This document shows, piece after piece, positions 31,086 through 40,281 of a DNA stretch of 64,000 nucleotides. Numbering within the stretch: the stretch's first letter is position 1; each line of letters starts with the position of its first letter. Both the position numbers and the translations under genes were made by a program. The DNA comes from Spirochaetia bacterium. GTDB lineage: Bacteria; Spirochaetota; Spirochaetia; SZUA-6; Bin103. The stretch spans positions 1,088,001-1,152,000 of the forward strand of contig CBDATQ010000001.1 of assembly GCA_965199955.1 (NCBI GenBank). Direction: 5' to 3'. The notes beneath the pieces are model-generated. The model was given only the letters and a program-made list of their open reading frames with translations, made no database searches and was not told the DNA's origin.

Positions 31086-31880
31086 TCACGGAGCGGCGCC
31101 AGTCCCGACGCCGTTCACCCGGAAGAAGCGCTCGCTGTTGGCGAACACGGCGTCCGCGAACTCCTCCAGCGGCATCCCGCGCAGTTCGGCCACGAAGCGT
31201 GCGGTCTCTTGCAGATAGGCTGGTCGATTGCGCTCACCGCGGCGGGACGCCGGCACCATGAACGGAGTCTCGGTTTCCAGGAGCAGCCGCTCCAGCGGCA
31301 TGGCGGCCGCCACCTCCTGCAGGGTGCGAGCGCTGCGATAGGTGACGTTGCCGGCGAAGGAGATGTACAGGTTGAGCTCCAGCGCACGTGTCGCGAACTC
31401 CAGGTCCTCCGAATAGCAGTGCAGCACGCCGCCGCGCTCCGGCAGCTTGTCCCGCAATACCGCCAACACATCGGCGCCCGCATCCCGGTTGTGGATCACC
31501 ACCGGCAGCCCGACGTGATCGGCGATCTCGAGCTGGCGAACGAACAGGCTGATCTGCGAGTCACGATCCCCGTACTTGCGATAGTAGTCGAGCCCGGTCT
31601 CGCCGATCGCCACCACGCGTTCGCCACCGGCCAGATCGGCCAGGCGCGTCTCCCAGCCGGTCGGCAGGTGGTCTACTTCTGAAGGAGAAATGCCTGCGCT
31701 GTAATAAATTGAATGATCCTGCCCGAGCTGCTCGTAGGTGTCGGTGAAGTCGGTCAGGTCGTTCGAGATGCAGACGAACGCCTGCACGCCGGCATGCTTG
31801 GCTTCCTGGACCGCCAGGAGTTGCTCGATGGGGTCGTCGTGGATGAGAGCGAGATGGGCGTGAGTGTCGAACAGTTGCAT
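31086..31880 (-). CDS. tatD: TatD-family nuclease
   Basis: DTHAH, IGETGLDY, IHNR, LHCY, LLETE. Confidence 0.94.
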   Translation of the reverse strand: MQLFDTHAHLALIHDDPIEQLLAVQEAKHAGVQAFVCISNDLTDFTDTYEQLGQDHSIYYSAGISPSEVDHLPTGWETRLADLAGGERVVAIGETGLDYYRKYGDRDSQISLFVRQLEIADHVGLPVVIHNRDAGADVLAVLRDKLPERGGVLHCYSEDLEFATRALELNLYISFAGNVTYRSARTLQEVAAAMPLERLLLETETPFMVPASRRGERNRPAYLQETARFVAELRGMPLEEFADAVFANSERFFRVNGVGTGAAP

Positions 31881-31929
31881 GTCTCTTCTTCGGCGGATGG
31901 GGAATGGTCTGGCCGGGCAGCGTACCGGT

Positions 31930-31959
31930 TTGACAGGAGAGCGAGCGGAACGCTACCGT
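31930..31959 (+). promoter_or_regulatory. Putative sigma70 promoter TTGACA-N18-TACCGT
   Basis: Perfect -35 at 31930-31935, -10 at 31954-31959; divergent from tatD. Confidence 0.65.
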
Positions 31960-31980
31960 GGCGCCCAGACTCCGGTCAAG

Positions 31981-33057
31981 ATGGTGCCGGAGCGGAGCCC
32001 CCGAGCCATCACAGACACCACCGTGCAATCAGGCTTTCATCGTCGCAACGACGTGTTGGCGGAGACCCCCGGCGAACCGCGTGCAGCCGCGGCGGCGCGC
32101 GGTTTCAGGCTTGCGCTGCGGTCGCTCGTGCGTAGGGGAAACCAGCGATTCACGGTCATGCTGATCCCCCACAGTGAACGCCGCACGTACAATCTGCAGC
32201 TCTCGGTCTTCACGCTGCTGGGGGCCGGCACCTTGCTGGTCGTCGTGCTCTGCGCGTTTCTGATTCTCTCCACCCACTTCACCGCTACCAATGAGAGGAT
32301 GGCTGCTGTCAACCGTTCCCTGGCCGCAAGCGAGCTGGCGCTGGAATCGGTGGGTGACGAAGTGATCGCGCTGCAGGGGACGATGCAGGAGTTCCGGGTG
32401 CTGATCGACCAGCTCCAGCGGATTCTGAGTTCCGGGAATCTCACCGCCACTACGGCGTCCGCGGTGCGCGGCGCCGGGGATCTGGCGGCGTTCGTGGGCC
32501 AGCCTTCCGCGCTGGCGGGCGAATCGCCGGGAGTGACCGCGCTCCGGCAGCTCAGCGCCGCGCTCGACGCTGCGATGATGCCGCTGACCGAGCTCAACGA
32601 AACGGTAGCCGCTCAGCAGACGTTGCTGGCGGATGTGCCCACGCTGTGGCCGGTCCGCGGCGGCGGGTACGTGAGCTTCGAGTTCGGTCCACAGCGCCAT
32701 CCGTTCACGGGCGCGTTCTACATCCACCGCGGCATCGACATCGCGATGCAACGCGGCGCCGAGATCGTCGCCACGGCCAATGGGACCGTCAGCCGGATCG
32801 CCTACGAGCGCTATAATCTGGGCAACGTGATCGAGATAGCCCACAGATACGGTTTCGTCACGCGCTACGGGCACCTGCAACGGGTGTTGATCGAGCCGGG
32901 CCAGACGGTGCAGCGTGGTCAGACGATCGGGCTGATGGGCTCTACCGGCCGGTCGACCGGGCCCCACGTGCACTACGAGGTGAGCATCGGCGGGCAACTC
33001 CGCAACCCTGAGGAGTTCCTTGCGGTGTCCGCGATCACGGTGGCGGCGTTGCGATGA
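31981..33057 (+). CDS. M23-family peptidoglycan endopeptidase
   Basis: TM and coiled coil, HRGID (HxxxD), GRSTGPHVHY (HxH); start placed downstream of the promoter. Confidence 0.92.
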   Translation: MVPERSPRAITDTTVQSGFHRRNDVLAETPGEPRAAAAARGFRLALRSLVRRGNQRFTVMLIPHSERRTYNLQLSVFTLLGAGTLLVVVLCAFLILSTHFTATNERMAAVNRSLAASELALESVGDEVIALQGTMQEFRVLIDQLQRILSSGNLTATTASAVRGAGDLAAFVGQPSALAGESPGVTALRQLSAALDAAMMPLTELNETVAAQQTLLADVPTLWPVRGGGYVSFEFGPQRHPFTGAFYIHRGIDIAMQRGAEIVATANGTVSRIAYERYNLGNVIEIAHRYGFVTRYGHLQRVLIEPGQTVQRGQTIGLMGSTGRSTGPHVHYEVSIGGQLRNPEEFLAVSAITVAALR

Positions 33058-33470
33058 CGACCGATCGGGACTCCGGCAGCGGTGCCGCCGACCGAAACAT
33101 CGTAGACTCGATCGTGGGGCAGGGCACCCGGATGAGCGGACAGATCGACCTGACCCGAATGCTTCGAATCGACGGCGAATTCCACGGCGAGGTTCGTGCC
33201 GGGGGACGGGTCCTCATCAGCCACACCGGTCGAGCCGAGTGCACGCTGCGCGTGGGTACGGTCGTCGTGGCCGGTAGCGTACGGGGCGATGTCGTCGCCT
33301 CCGAGCTCGTGGAACTGCGCTCGACCGCCACCGTGATCGGTTCGATCTGCACGCCGCGGCTGATCGTCGACGGAGGCGGTCGGTTCTGCGGACGGTGCCG
33401 CGTGGGAGTCGGAGACGGCCGGGTGACAGAATCTCGTCTGGCGTCGCCGTACTCGGCGAAACCGGCATGA
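33054..33470 (+). CDS. Bactofilin (polymer-forming cytoskeletal protein)
   Basis: SIVGQGT...LRIDGEFHG...VVAGSVRGDV...VELRSTATVIG beta-helix pattern. Confidence 0.92.
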   Translation: MTTDRDSGSGAADRNIVDSIVGQGTRMSGQIDLTRMLRIDGEFHGEVRAGGRVLISHTGRAECTLRVGTVVVAGSVRGDVVASELVELRSTATVIGSICTPRLIVDGGGRFCGRCRVGVGDGRVTESRLASPYSAKPA

Positions 33471-34324
33471 AGACCGCCGCACCCGTGAGCGGTCGGGTCG
33501 TGCGGGTCAAGCTGCTGCACTCCAGCGAGACCTGCCTGTGCGTTCCGCCGACGTCCGTGGCGGTCGAATTGGACACCGATGCCAGTGTCATCGTACCGAC
33601 TCGTCATGGGTCCGAGATCGGTCGCGTGCTGGGAGCGGTCCATGACGAAACGGAACTGCGAGGCGCCGAGCTGTTTGAGGTGATCCGCCAGGCGGAGGCC
33701 GATGATCTGGACGACTACGAACGCAACCGCGAGCTCGCCGACGACTTGCTGCGGTCATGCCGACGGCGTCTCGAAGGTCTCAATCTGGCGATGAAGCTGG
33801 CCGCAGCCCACATCGTGTTCAGCGGCGGCACGCTCGTCCTCTACTTCACGGCAGAGAAGCGGATCGACTTCCGCCGGCTGATCGGAGAGCTGTCGGACGA
33901 GGTGGGCTTGCGCATCGATCTGCAGCAGGTCGGCATGCGCGACGAGACACGGATCGTCGGCGGGGCAGGGATCTGCGGCCGGGTTCTGTGCTGCAATGGG
34001 GTTACGGACCGACGCCCGCGGGTGACGGTCCGTATGGCTCGGGACCAGGGACTCTCGCTGGATACTCGGCGCATCTCCGGATTATGCGGGCGGCTGTTGT
34101 GTTGCCTGTCCTACGAGTATGACTATTACCAGGAGGTGCGCCGCTCGGTGCCCAAGGAAGGCAAGTCGGTGTACTACCAAGGCGACCGCTTTCGCGTAAT
34201 GGAGTTGAATGCGCTCACCAGGCGGGCCCGCATCAGCGGCGCCGATGGCGCGGTGTTGGGAGTCGGGTTCGGGGACTTCCGGTTCGATGAGGCGAACCGG
34301 CGCTGGGAGGTCAGCCCGGTGTGA
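33467..34324 (+). CDS. ricT: PSP1-domain protein (RicT/YaaT)
   Basis: YFTAEKRIDFRRL, GICGRVLCC, ISGLCGRLLCCL. Confidence 0.92.
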   Translation: MKTAAPVSGRVVRVKLLHSSETCLCVPPTSVAVELDTDASVIVPTRHGSEIGRVLGAVHDETELRGAELFEVIRQAEADDLDDYERNRELADDLLRSCRRRLEGLNLAMKLAAAHIVFSGGTLVLYFTAEKRIDFRRLIGELSDEVGLRIDLQQVGMRDETRIVGGAGICGRVLCCNGVTDRRPRVTVRMARDQGLSLDTRRISGLCGRLLCCLSYEYDYYQEVRRSVPKEGKSVYYQGDRFRVMELNALTRRARISGADGAVLGVGFGDFRFDEANRRWEVSPV

Positions 34325-35144
34325 GCACGGAGGCTTCGCGCCGCCAGCGTTCGACCTGTGCGGCGATTTCCGTGCGCATGTGCCGCACCTTCTGGCGCAA
34401 CTCCGCCTTGTTCTCCGGCGGCTGGTAGACCGACAGGAATCTCACGCGGTAGCGGGTCGTTCCCATGCGGGCAAGCCCGGCGAGTCCGCGCAGGCGGTAC
34501 CCGCCGTCGATCGCGGCCGACACGATCGGCAACCGCCGCCCTTCCAGGACGATGGCCAACCCTCCCGAATGGAACCGATGCACCGCGCCGTCCCGTGAAC
34601 GGGTGCCGTCCGCGAAGACGACGGGACAGGCACCTTCGTCGGCGAGCGCCGAGAAGCGGCGGAGCTCGCGGAGCAGCAGGCGAATCTGGGTGGTGTCGAT
34701 ACGGCCGCGCGGCCGAACGATCAGGGCGTCGCCGCCATAGCGAAGGCACTTCGACACCAGCGGCACTCCGTACTTCAGCGATCGCTTGGCGACGAATTTG
34801 AGACTTCGGCCGGGCAGTGCCGTGATCAGCACCGGGATGTCCAGCAGACTCTGATGGTTGCTGACCAGCACGAACCGCCGTGGGAGATGGGGAAGAGCCG
34901 ACTCGATGACCACCGAGAAGCCGGTCAACTCTCCCGCGCGACGGATGAGCCTTCGTCCCTCGCGGCGCATGAAGAGCGATACTGCGGCGCGCAATCGCTG
35001 CGCAGGATCCGGTTCGCCGTCCGGGCGGCCCTTCGCGGGTCCCGCTCGGGGGGCTACTCCCGAGACTTTCCAAAGGCCCAGACGTACGTCCCCGGCGAGG
35101 AATCGGACCAGCAGGTAACCGACAAACAACAGTCCTCGGATCAT
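34311..35144 (-). CDS. Lysophospholipid acyltransferase (PlsC family)
   Basis: NHQSLLD, VAKRSL, FADGTRS. Confidence 0.88.
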   Translation of the reverse strand: MIRGLLFVGYLLVRFLAGDVRLGLWKVSGVAPRAGPAKGRPDGEPDPAQRLRAAVSLFMRREGRRLIRRAGELTGFSVVIESALPHLPRRFVLVSNHQSLLDIPVLITALPGRSLKFVAKRSLKYGVPLVSKCLRYGGDALIVRPRGRIDTTQIRLLLRELRRFSALADEGACPVVFADGTRSRDGAVHRFHSGGLAIVLEGRRLPIVSAAIDGGYRLRGLAGLARMGTTRYRVRFLSVYQPPENKAELRQKVRHMRTEIAAQVERWRREASVLTPG

Positions 35145-35920
35145 CAGCGCCGGCCGCTCATCGCTCGTCCCAGCAGGTCGTGCAACTCCGGGAGGTCCAC
35201 CGAAGGGACGCGCGGGTCCGCCCGCCACTCCGGTTTGGCATACCCCCACGCGGCCAGATACACTTCGATGCGCGCGTCGTCGTTGCCGACCAGGTGGTCG
35301 AGCTGGTCATCGACCAGCGCAGCTCGCCCGGCCTGCCGCTCGTCGAGCACCTCGGCAACCATCTCCAGTTTCGAAACGGCAGCGGCGTGCAGGATCGCCT
35401 GCGCCGGCACCGGCACTTCGTGGAAGGCGAGAATTGCCTCGATGTAACGCGGGCGCTTGGTAGAGAGGATCCAGGTGCTGTCCCAGTCGGCGGCGTGCAG
35501 GAGCTCCGCGACGCCCGGGTACAGCGGGTTCAGTCGCAGCCAGTGGCTGCGATCGTGAACCATCAATTCCTGACGGACGCGATTGAGCGCGTCCGCGTAG
35601 CGCGCCAGCAGCCCCGGGCCGGCGATGCGGCGGGCCTCGTCGAACTCCTCCTGATGTGCGGGCGTGCGTCCCGCGGCCAGCAGGTCCTGGATCAGGACGT
35701 AGTCGTCACCGGCGCGGATGAATGGGCGGAGTTCGAGGAAGCGCTCGCGCAGCGTGACCGGAACCGATGGCGGTGTGTCCGGGTCCGGGCCGGCGGGGCC
35801 GTCAGGCTGCGCGTCACGGGTAAGGCGGTCATAGGCAACCCACGAGCTGAACAGGCACTCGGCGGCGGAATCGCAGATCACGCCATCGAAGTCGATGAAC
35901 AACTGCAGTGGACTCGTCAT
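35144..35920 (-). CDS. HAD-superfamily hydrolase
   Basis: FIDFDGVICDS, VDDQLD, AAWGY. Confidence 0.85.
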   Translation of the reverse strand: MTSPLQLFIDFDGVICDSAAECLFSSWVAYDRLTRDAQPDGPAGPDPDTPPSVPVTLRERFLELRPFIRAGDDYVLIQDLLAAGRTPAHQEEFDEARRIAGPGLLARYADALNRVRQELMVHDRSHWLRLNPLYPGVAELLHAADWDSTWILSTKRPRYIEAILAFHEVPVPAQAILHAAAVSKLEMVAEVLDERQAGRAALVDDQLDHLVGNDDARIEVYLAAWGYAKPEWRADPRVPSVDLPELHDLLGRAMSGRR

Positions 35921-35930
35921 GCAACCGAGC

Positions 35931-37199
35931 TCAGCCGGCCGCCGGCAGATGCAGCACCTCCCCGGCGTGCGGGACATAGAGGATACCGGAGTCCTCCCGG
36001 TCTCGATAGTCATCCAGTTCCATGGCAGCGGGATCCCGGTACGCGAGCCCGATGCGCTCGCACAGCGCGCGCGGCAGGGCGGTGGCCAGTTCCACGTCGA
36101 TCCGCGGGCGCTCGACGCCGTCGCGGTAATCGCCGACGCCGCGGACCAAGGCCGAGTGAGCCAGTACGCCTCGCGGGACATCGGCGAATCGGTGCCGCTC
36201 CGCCACCAGGTAGTCGGTGACATGGTACCCGACCCGTTCCAGGTAGTCGCCCCAGGTGGCGGACAGCTTGTCGATCTGCGGGCCGTATATGATCAGGCGT
36301 CCTCCGTCGGAGACCACCGACTCGAGCTTGTACATCACCTTTCCGCCCACCCACAGCTCGTCGTACATCGCGGGCGCGTGCCCGAGAACCGTGTGGTAAC
36401 GGCGAGGCGTACGGGTGATGTGGATCCGTGCGGAGTGGTCGGCCGCATCGCTCCACGCGTGCCTTGGATCGCCCACGTACAGCCCGGCAAGCTCCGGCGG
36501 CTCCTGCCCCGGCTGCACGACCATCGCGACCAGGTGACAGGCCGTGGGTACCAGGTCGGCGGCCTGCCCGATCACGCGGCGCGCCGGCGTGTCCTTGTGC
36601 CCGATCGTCTTCATGCAGGTGATGGCCGCGCTCAGCCAGTGGAAGAAGTCCAGGAACTCGCCGCCGGAGATGCCGGGAAACAGGTACTTGTGGCCGCCCG
36701 AGAAGCCGACGATCTCGTGCGGGAATACGGGGCCGACGATCAGCAACAGGTCATACTCGAAGATCGCGCGGTTGATGGTGATGTCCACGGCCTCGGCGAA
36801 CCGGCCGTCGGTGGCCGCGGAGATCTGGCGCTCCGTGAACGACCCGATCCGCTGCAGCGTCCCGGGGGTGTCCCACCGGTGATTGAGGAAGCGGCTGGCG
36901 CCGAAGCGCTCGGCGCGCTCGGCGCGGCTCACCCCATAGAGCCGGGCGATCGCGTCGTCCGGCATGATCGGGTGCGTCCCCAGCGCCACCATGTAGTCGA
37001 GCTGCCGGGCGTGTGCGCCGATGACCTCGTCCACCGCCCGTACCAGAGCGGGCAATGGGGCGCTGCGGGTGGCGTCCGGCGTGATCGCGAGAACCCGACG
37101 CGACTCGAACAGCGCGCGTGGCGTCCCGGCTTCGATGCGGCTGCAGATGTCCTCGTGGGTCATCGTCGCGGAACGCTCCATCGTCATCAGATCCGCCAT
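35931..37199 (-). CDS. LarA-family (nickel-pincer nucleotide) racemase/epimerase
   Basis: PDATR, ALGTH, PHEIVGFSGGHK, FFHW: catalytic His pair plus cofactor-binding Lys/His. Confidence 0.88.
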   Translation of the reverse strand: MADLMTMERSATMTHEDICSRIEAGTPRALFESRRVLAITPDATRSAPLPALVRAVDEVIGAHARQLDYMVALGTHPIMPDDAIARLYGVSRAERAERFGASRFLNHRWDTPGTLQRIGSFTERQISAATDGRFAEAVDITINRAIFEYDLLLIVGPVFPHEIVGFSGGHKYLFPGISGGEFLDFFHWLSAAITCMKTIGHKDTPARRVIGQAADLVPTACHLVAMVVQPGQEPPELAGLYVGDPRHAWSDAADHSARIHITRTPRRYHTVLGHAPAMYDELWVGGKVMYKLESVVSDGGRLIIYGPQIDKLSATWGDYLERVGYHVTDYLVAERHRFADVPRGVLAHSALVRGVGDYRDGVERPRIDVELATALPRALCERIGLAYRDPAAMELDDYRDREDSGILYVPHAGEVLHLPAAG

Positions 37200-37274
37200 G
37201 TCATGCCTCCCGTACGTCCGGCCTCCCGCATGTCCGCGTCCAGGTGCTCCCGTGCATCGTTCCGGCGTCGGCGT

Positions 37275-38075
37275 TCAGATGCTGTCCACGAGAAAGCCGC
37301 CGTCGACCGGTATGGTCGCTCCCGTGACGAACCCGGATGCGGCTTCACTGGCAAGGAATATCGCCGCCCCGGCCAGGTCCTCCGGTTCGCCGAACCGCGC
37401 GAACGGCGTCCGGCCGAGCACGTGCCGGCCACGCTCGGTGGGTTGGCCGGTTGCTTCGTCCACCAGCAGCCGTCGGTTCTGTTCGGCGAGGAAGAATCCG
37501 GGTGCGATCGCGTTCACGCGGATGCGGTGGGGGGCGAATTCCTTGGCCGTCGCCTCCGTGAGGTTGACGACTCCGGCCTTCGCCGCTCCGTAGGCCCACA
37601 CGCCGGACAAGGGCTTGTACGAGGCCATGGACGCGATGTTGATGATCGATCCCACGATCCCGTGTTCGATCCAGTGCGCCGCGACAACCTTGGTCGGAAC
37701 CAGGCAGCCCGCGACCAGATTGAGCTCGACGGTCTGACGGAACACGTCGATGTCGATCTCGGTAAACGCTCCCTTGCTCAGGTTGCCGCCGACCGCGTTG
37801 ATCAGGACCGTCGGGCAACCCAGCCGCGCTTCGGTGTGGCGCAGGGCATCCATGATCGCGTCCGGCGACCCGGCATCGGCCACGAAGCCGGTGGTGTACT
37901 CGGGAGCGTTCAGCGTGGTCAGGGCGCGGTCGACCGTCTCGGCCCGTCGGCTCCAGACCGCGATGCGCGCTCCGGTATCGAGCAGGCCGCGCGCCATCCC
38001 GATCGCCAGCGTCGCTCCGCCGCCCGAGATGGCCACCGTGGCGTCCAGTGAGAACAGTGGGGAAGGAGTCGTCAT
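37275..38075 (-). CDS. SDR oxidoreductase, D-mannonate oxidoreductase-like
   Basis: AVGGN, YGAAK, RVNAIAPGFFLAEQNRRLL...TERG...TPFARFG. Confidence 0.85.
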   Translation of the reverse strand: MTTPSPLFSLDATVAISGGGATLAIGMARGLLDTGARIAVWSRRAETVDRALTTLNAPEYTTGFVADAGSPDAIMDALRHTEARLGCPTVLINAVGGNLSKGAFTEIDIDVFRQTVELNLVAGCLVPTKVVAAHWIEHGIVGSIINIASMASYKPLSGVWAYGAAKAGVVNLTEATAKEFAPHRIRVNAIAPGFFLAEQNRRLLVDEATGQPTERGRHVLGRTPFARFGEPEDLAGAAIFLASEAASGFVTGATIPVDGGFLVDSI

Positions 38076-39478
38076 GTCGCCGACCAGTTTGTGTGGAACG
38101 TGCCGGCGCGGTCGACCCGCTCGTAGGTGTGGGCGCCGAAGTAGTCGCGTTGCGCCTGTATCAGGTTGGCCGGCAGGCGCGCCGTTCGGTATGCGTCGAA
38201 GTAGCTCAGCGAGGACGCGAACGCCGGGACTGGAACTCCAGCGGTGGTCGCCGTCCCGACGACCTGGCGCCATGCGGACTGGGCCCCGTGCAGCACGTCG
38301 GCGAAGTACGGGTCGAGCATGAGGTTGGCCAGGTCCGGTTCGCGGTCATAGGCCTCCTTGATGCGCTGCAGGAAGCGGGCGCGGATGATGCACCCTCCCC
38401 GCCAGATCATGGCGATCGCCCCGTAGTCGAGCCGCCAGCCGTGCTCCGCGGCAGCGGTACGCATCAGCGCGAAGCCCTGAGCATAGGAGCAGATCTTCGC
38501 GGCGTAGAGTGCCGTCCCGATCGCGTTGGCCAAGTCCTCACGATTGCCGCTGAACGCGGCGTCCGGACCGCGGAGCACGCTGCCGGCGGCCATCCGTTCC
38601 TGCTTTGCCGCCGACAGTGAGCGTGCGAATACCGCCTCGGCAATGGTGGGCGCAGGGGCGCCAAGCTCGAGCGCCGACTGTCCCGTCCACGTCCCCGTGC
38701 CCTTCTGTCCCGCCTTGTCGAGGATCATGGTCACCATCGGCGCGCCGGTCTCCGGGTCGGTCGCCGCCAGAATCCGCGCCGTGATCTCGATCAGGTACGA
38801 GTCCAGATCGCCGCGGTTCCAGTCCGCAAAGCGCTGCGCCATCTCCGGGAACGTCATGCCGCAGAGCTGCTGCAGCAGTGAGTACGCCTCGGCGATGAGC
38901 TGCATGTCGCCATACTCGATGCCGTTGTGTACCATCTTGACGTAGTGGCCTGCGCCGCCGGCGCCGATGTACGTGCAGCAGGGGGCTCCGTCCACCTTGG
39001 CGGCGATCGATGTCAGGATCGGGCTCACCTGACGATAGGCGGCCTCGCTGCCGCCGGGCATGATGCTCGGCCCGAGGAGCGCCCCTTCGTCGCCTCCCGA
39101 GACCCCCGTACCCAGGTACAGCAGATCCGAGGCTTCCGCGTCGCGGCAGCGCCGTGTCGTGTCCGCAAAGTGAGAGTTGCCGCCGTCCAGGATGACGTCG
39201 CCCGGCTCCAGCAACGGCTGCAGCTCGCCGAGCACCGCGTCGACCGGCGCGCCTGCCTGCACCATCAGCAGAATGCGCCGGGGGCGGTTGAGCGCCGCGA
39301 CCACGTCGGGCAACGTACGGCACGGCACGAGTCGCTTGCCGGCACCCACGCCGTCGACGAAGGTCTCGAGCGTACGGGCAGTTCGGTTGTGGACCGCGAC
39401 GGTGTATCCGCGGCTCTCGATGTTGAGGGCCAGGTTGCGGCCCATGACGGCCATCCCGGCCACGGCGATGTCGGCCAT
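38072..39478 (-). CDS. gndA: 6-phosphogluconate dehydrogenase (decarboxylating)
   Basis: GMAVMG, KMVHNGIEYGDMQ, GGCIIR, QAQRDYFGAHTY. Confidence 0.97.
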   Translation of the reverse strand: MADIAVAGMAVMGRNLALNIESRGYTVAVHNRTARTLETFVDGVGAGKRLVPCRTLPDVVAALNRPRRILLMVQAGAPVDAVLGELQPLLEPGDVILDGGNSHFADTTRRCRDAEASDLLYLGTGVSGGDEGALLGPSIMPGGSEAAYRQVSPILTSIAAKVDGAPCCTYIGAGGAGHYVKMVHNGIEYGDMQLIAEAYSLLQQLCGMTFPEMAQRFADWNRGDLDSYLIEITARILAATDPETGAPMVTMILDKAGQKGTGTWTGQSALELGAPAPTIAEAVFARSLSAAKQERMAAGSVLRGPDAAFSGNREDLANAIGTALYAAKICSYAQGFALMRTAAAEHGWRLDYGAIAMIWRGGCIIRARFLQRIKEAYDREPDLANLMLDPYFADVLHGAQSAWRQVVGTATTAGVPVPAFASSLSYFDAYRTARLPANLIQAQRDYFGAHTYERVDRAGTFHTNWSAT

Positions 39479-39493
39479 CAGGTGTGCATCCTC

Positions 39494-39528
39494 ATCATGG
39501 GAGTGCGATGCTTAATCATAGGAGTGCG
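39494..39528. repeat. Direct repeat ATCAT(G/A)GGAGTGCG x2, 21-nt period, upstream of gnd
   Basis: 39494-39507 and 39515-39528, 13/14 identical. Confidence 0.8.
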
Positions 39529-39574
39529 GGGCGCACGTGTACACCGCCACGGGTCCCGGGTCAGCACGGGTACG

Positions 39575-40231
39575 TCACCGTGCTCGTCGCGCTCGGCGCG
39601 GTGGCAGCAGGCCGGATCGCCGGGCCAGCACGGCTTGCATGCGATCGGCAACCTCGTTCGGCGTGGCGGTACCGTCGATGCCGCGCAGCAGACCCGTCGA
39701 TCGGTAGTACTCGATGACCGGGGTGGTCTGTGCCCGATAGGCGTGGAGCCGCCGTCGGATCGCCTCCGGATCGTCGTCTTCGCGTTGCACGGGTGCGCAG
39801 AACAGTGACGCATTCGCCGGCATCGAGGCCACGTTGAAGGTGGCGCCGCACCGGGCGCAGGTACGGCGTCCGGACAGGCGGCGAACGACTTCCTGCTCGG
39901 GCACGATCAGCTCGACGGCGGCGTCGATCTGCGCGAATCCGGCCAGCGCGGCGGCCTGCGGGACGGTGCGAGGAAAGCCGTCGAGAATGAATCCCTTCCG
40001 TTCGTCGAGGGTCGCCAGGTGATCGCGCACCAGTGAGATGGTCAGTGAATCGGGGACCAGGCTGCCGGCCTGCAGCAGGTCGGCCACCCGGCGCCCGAGC
40101 GGGGTCCTAGCCTTCACCGCGGCGCGGAAGAGGTCGCCCGTGGAGATGTGACGCATTCCGCTGCGGCCGGCCACGGTGCTGGCGAGCGTGCCCTTGCCGG
40201 CGCCGGGCGGTCCGAGGAGAACCATCTGCAT
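39575..40231 (-). CDS. adk: Adenylate kinase
   Basis: GPPGAGKGT, HISTGDLFR, LDGFPR, QREDD. Confidence 0.95.
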   Translation of the reverse strand: MQMVLLGPPGAGKGTLASTVAGRSGMRHISTGDLFRAAVKARTPLGRRVADLLQAGSLVPDSLTISLVRDHLATLDERKGFILDGFPRTVPQAAALAGFAQIDAAVELIVPEQEVVRRLSGRRTCARCGATFNVASMPANASLFCAPVQREDDDPEAIRRRLHAYRAQTTPVIEYYRSTGLLRGIDGTATPNEVADRMQAVLARRSGLLPPRRARRAR

Positions 40232-40281
40232 GGGATTGGGGCAGGCTGAGCGAGCGAGCGACGCCGCGGTGGCTCCAGGGC

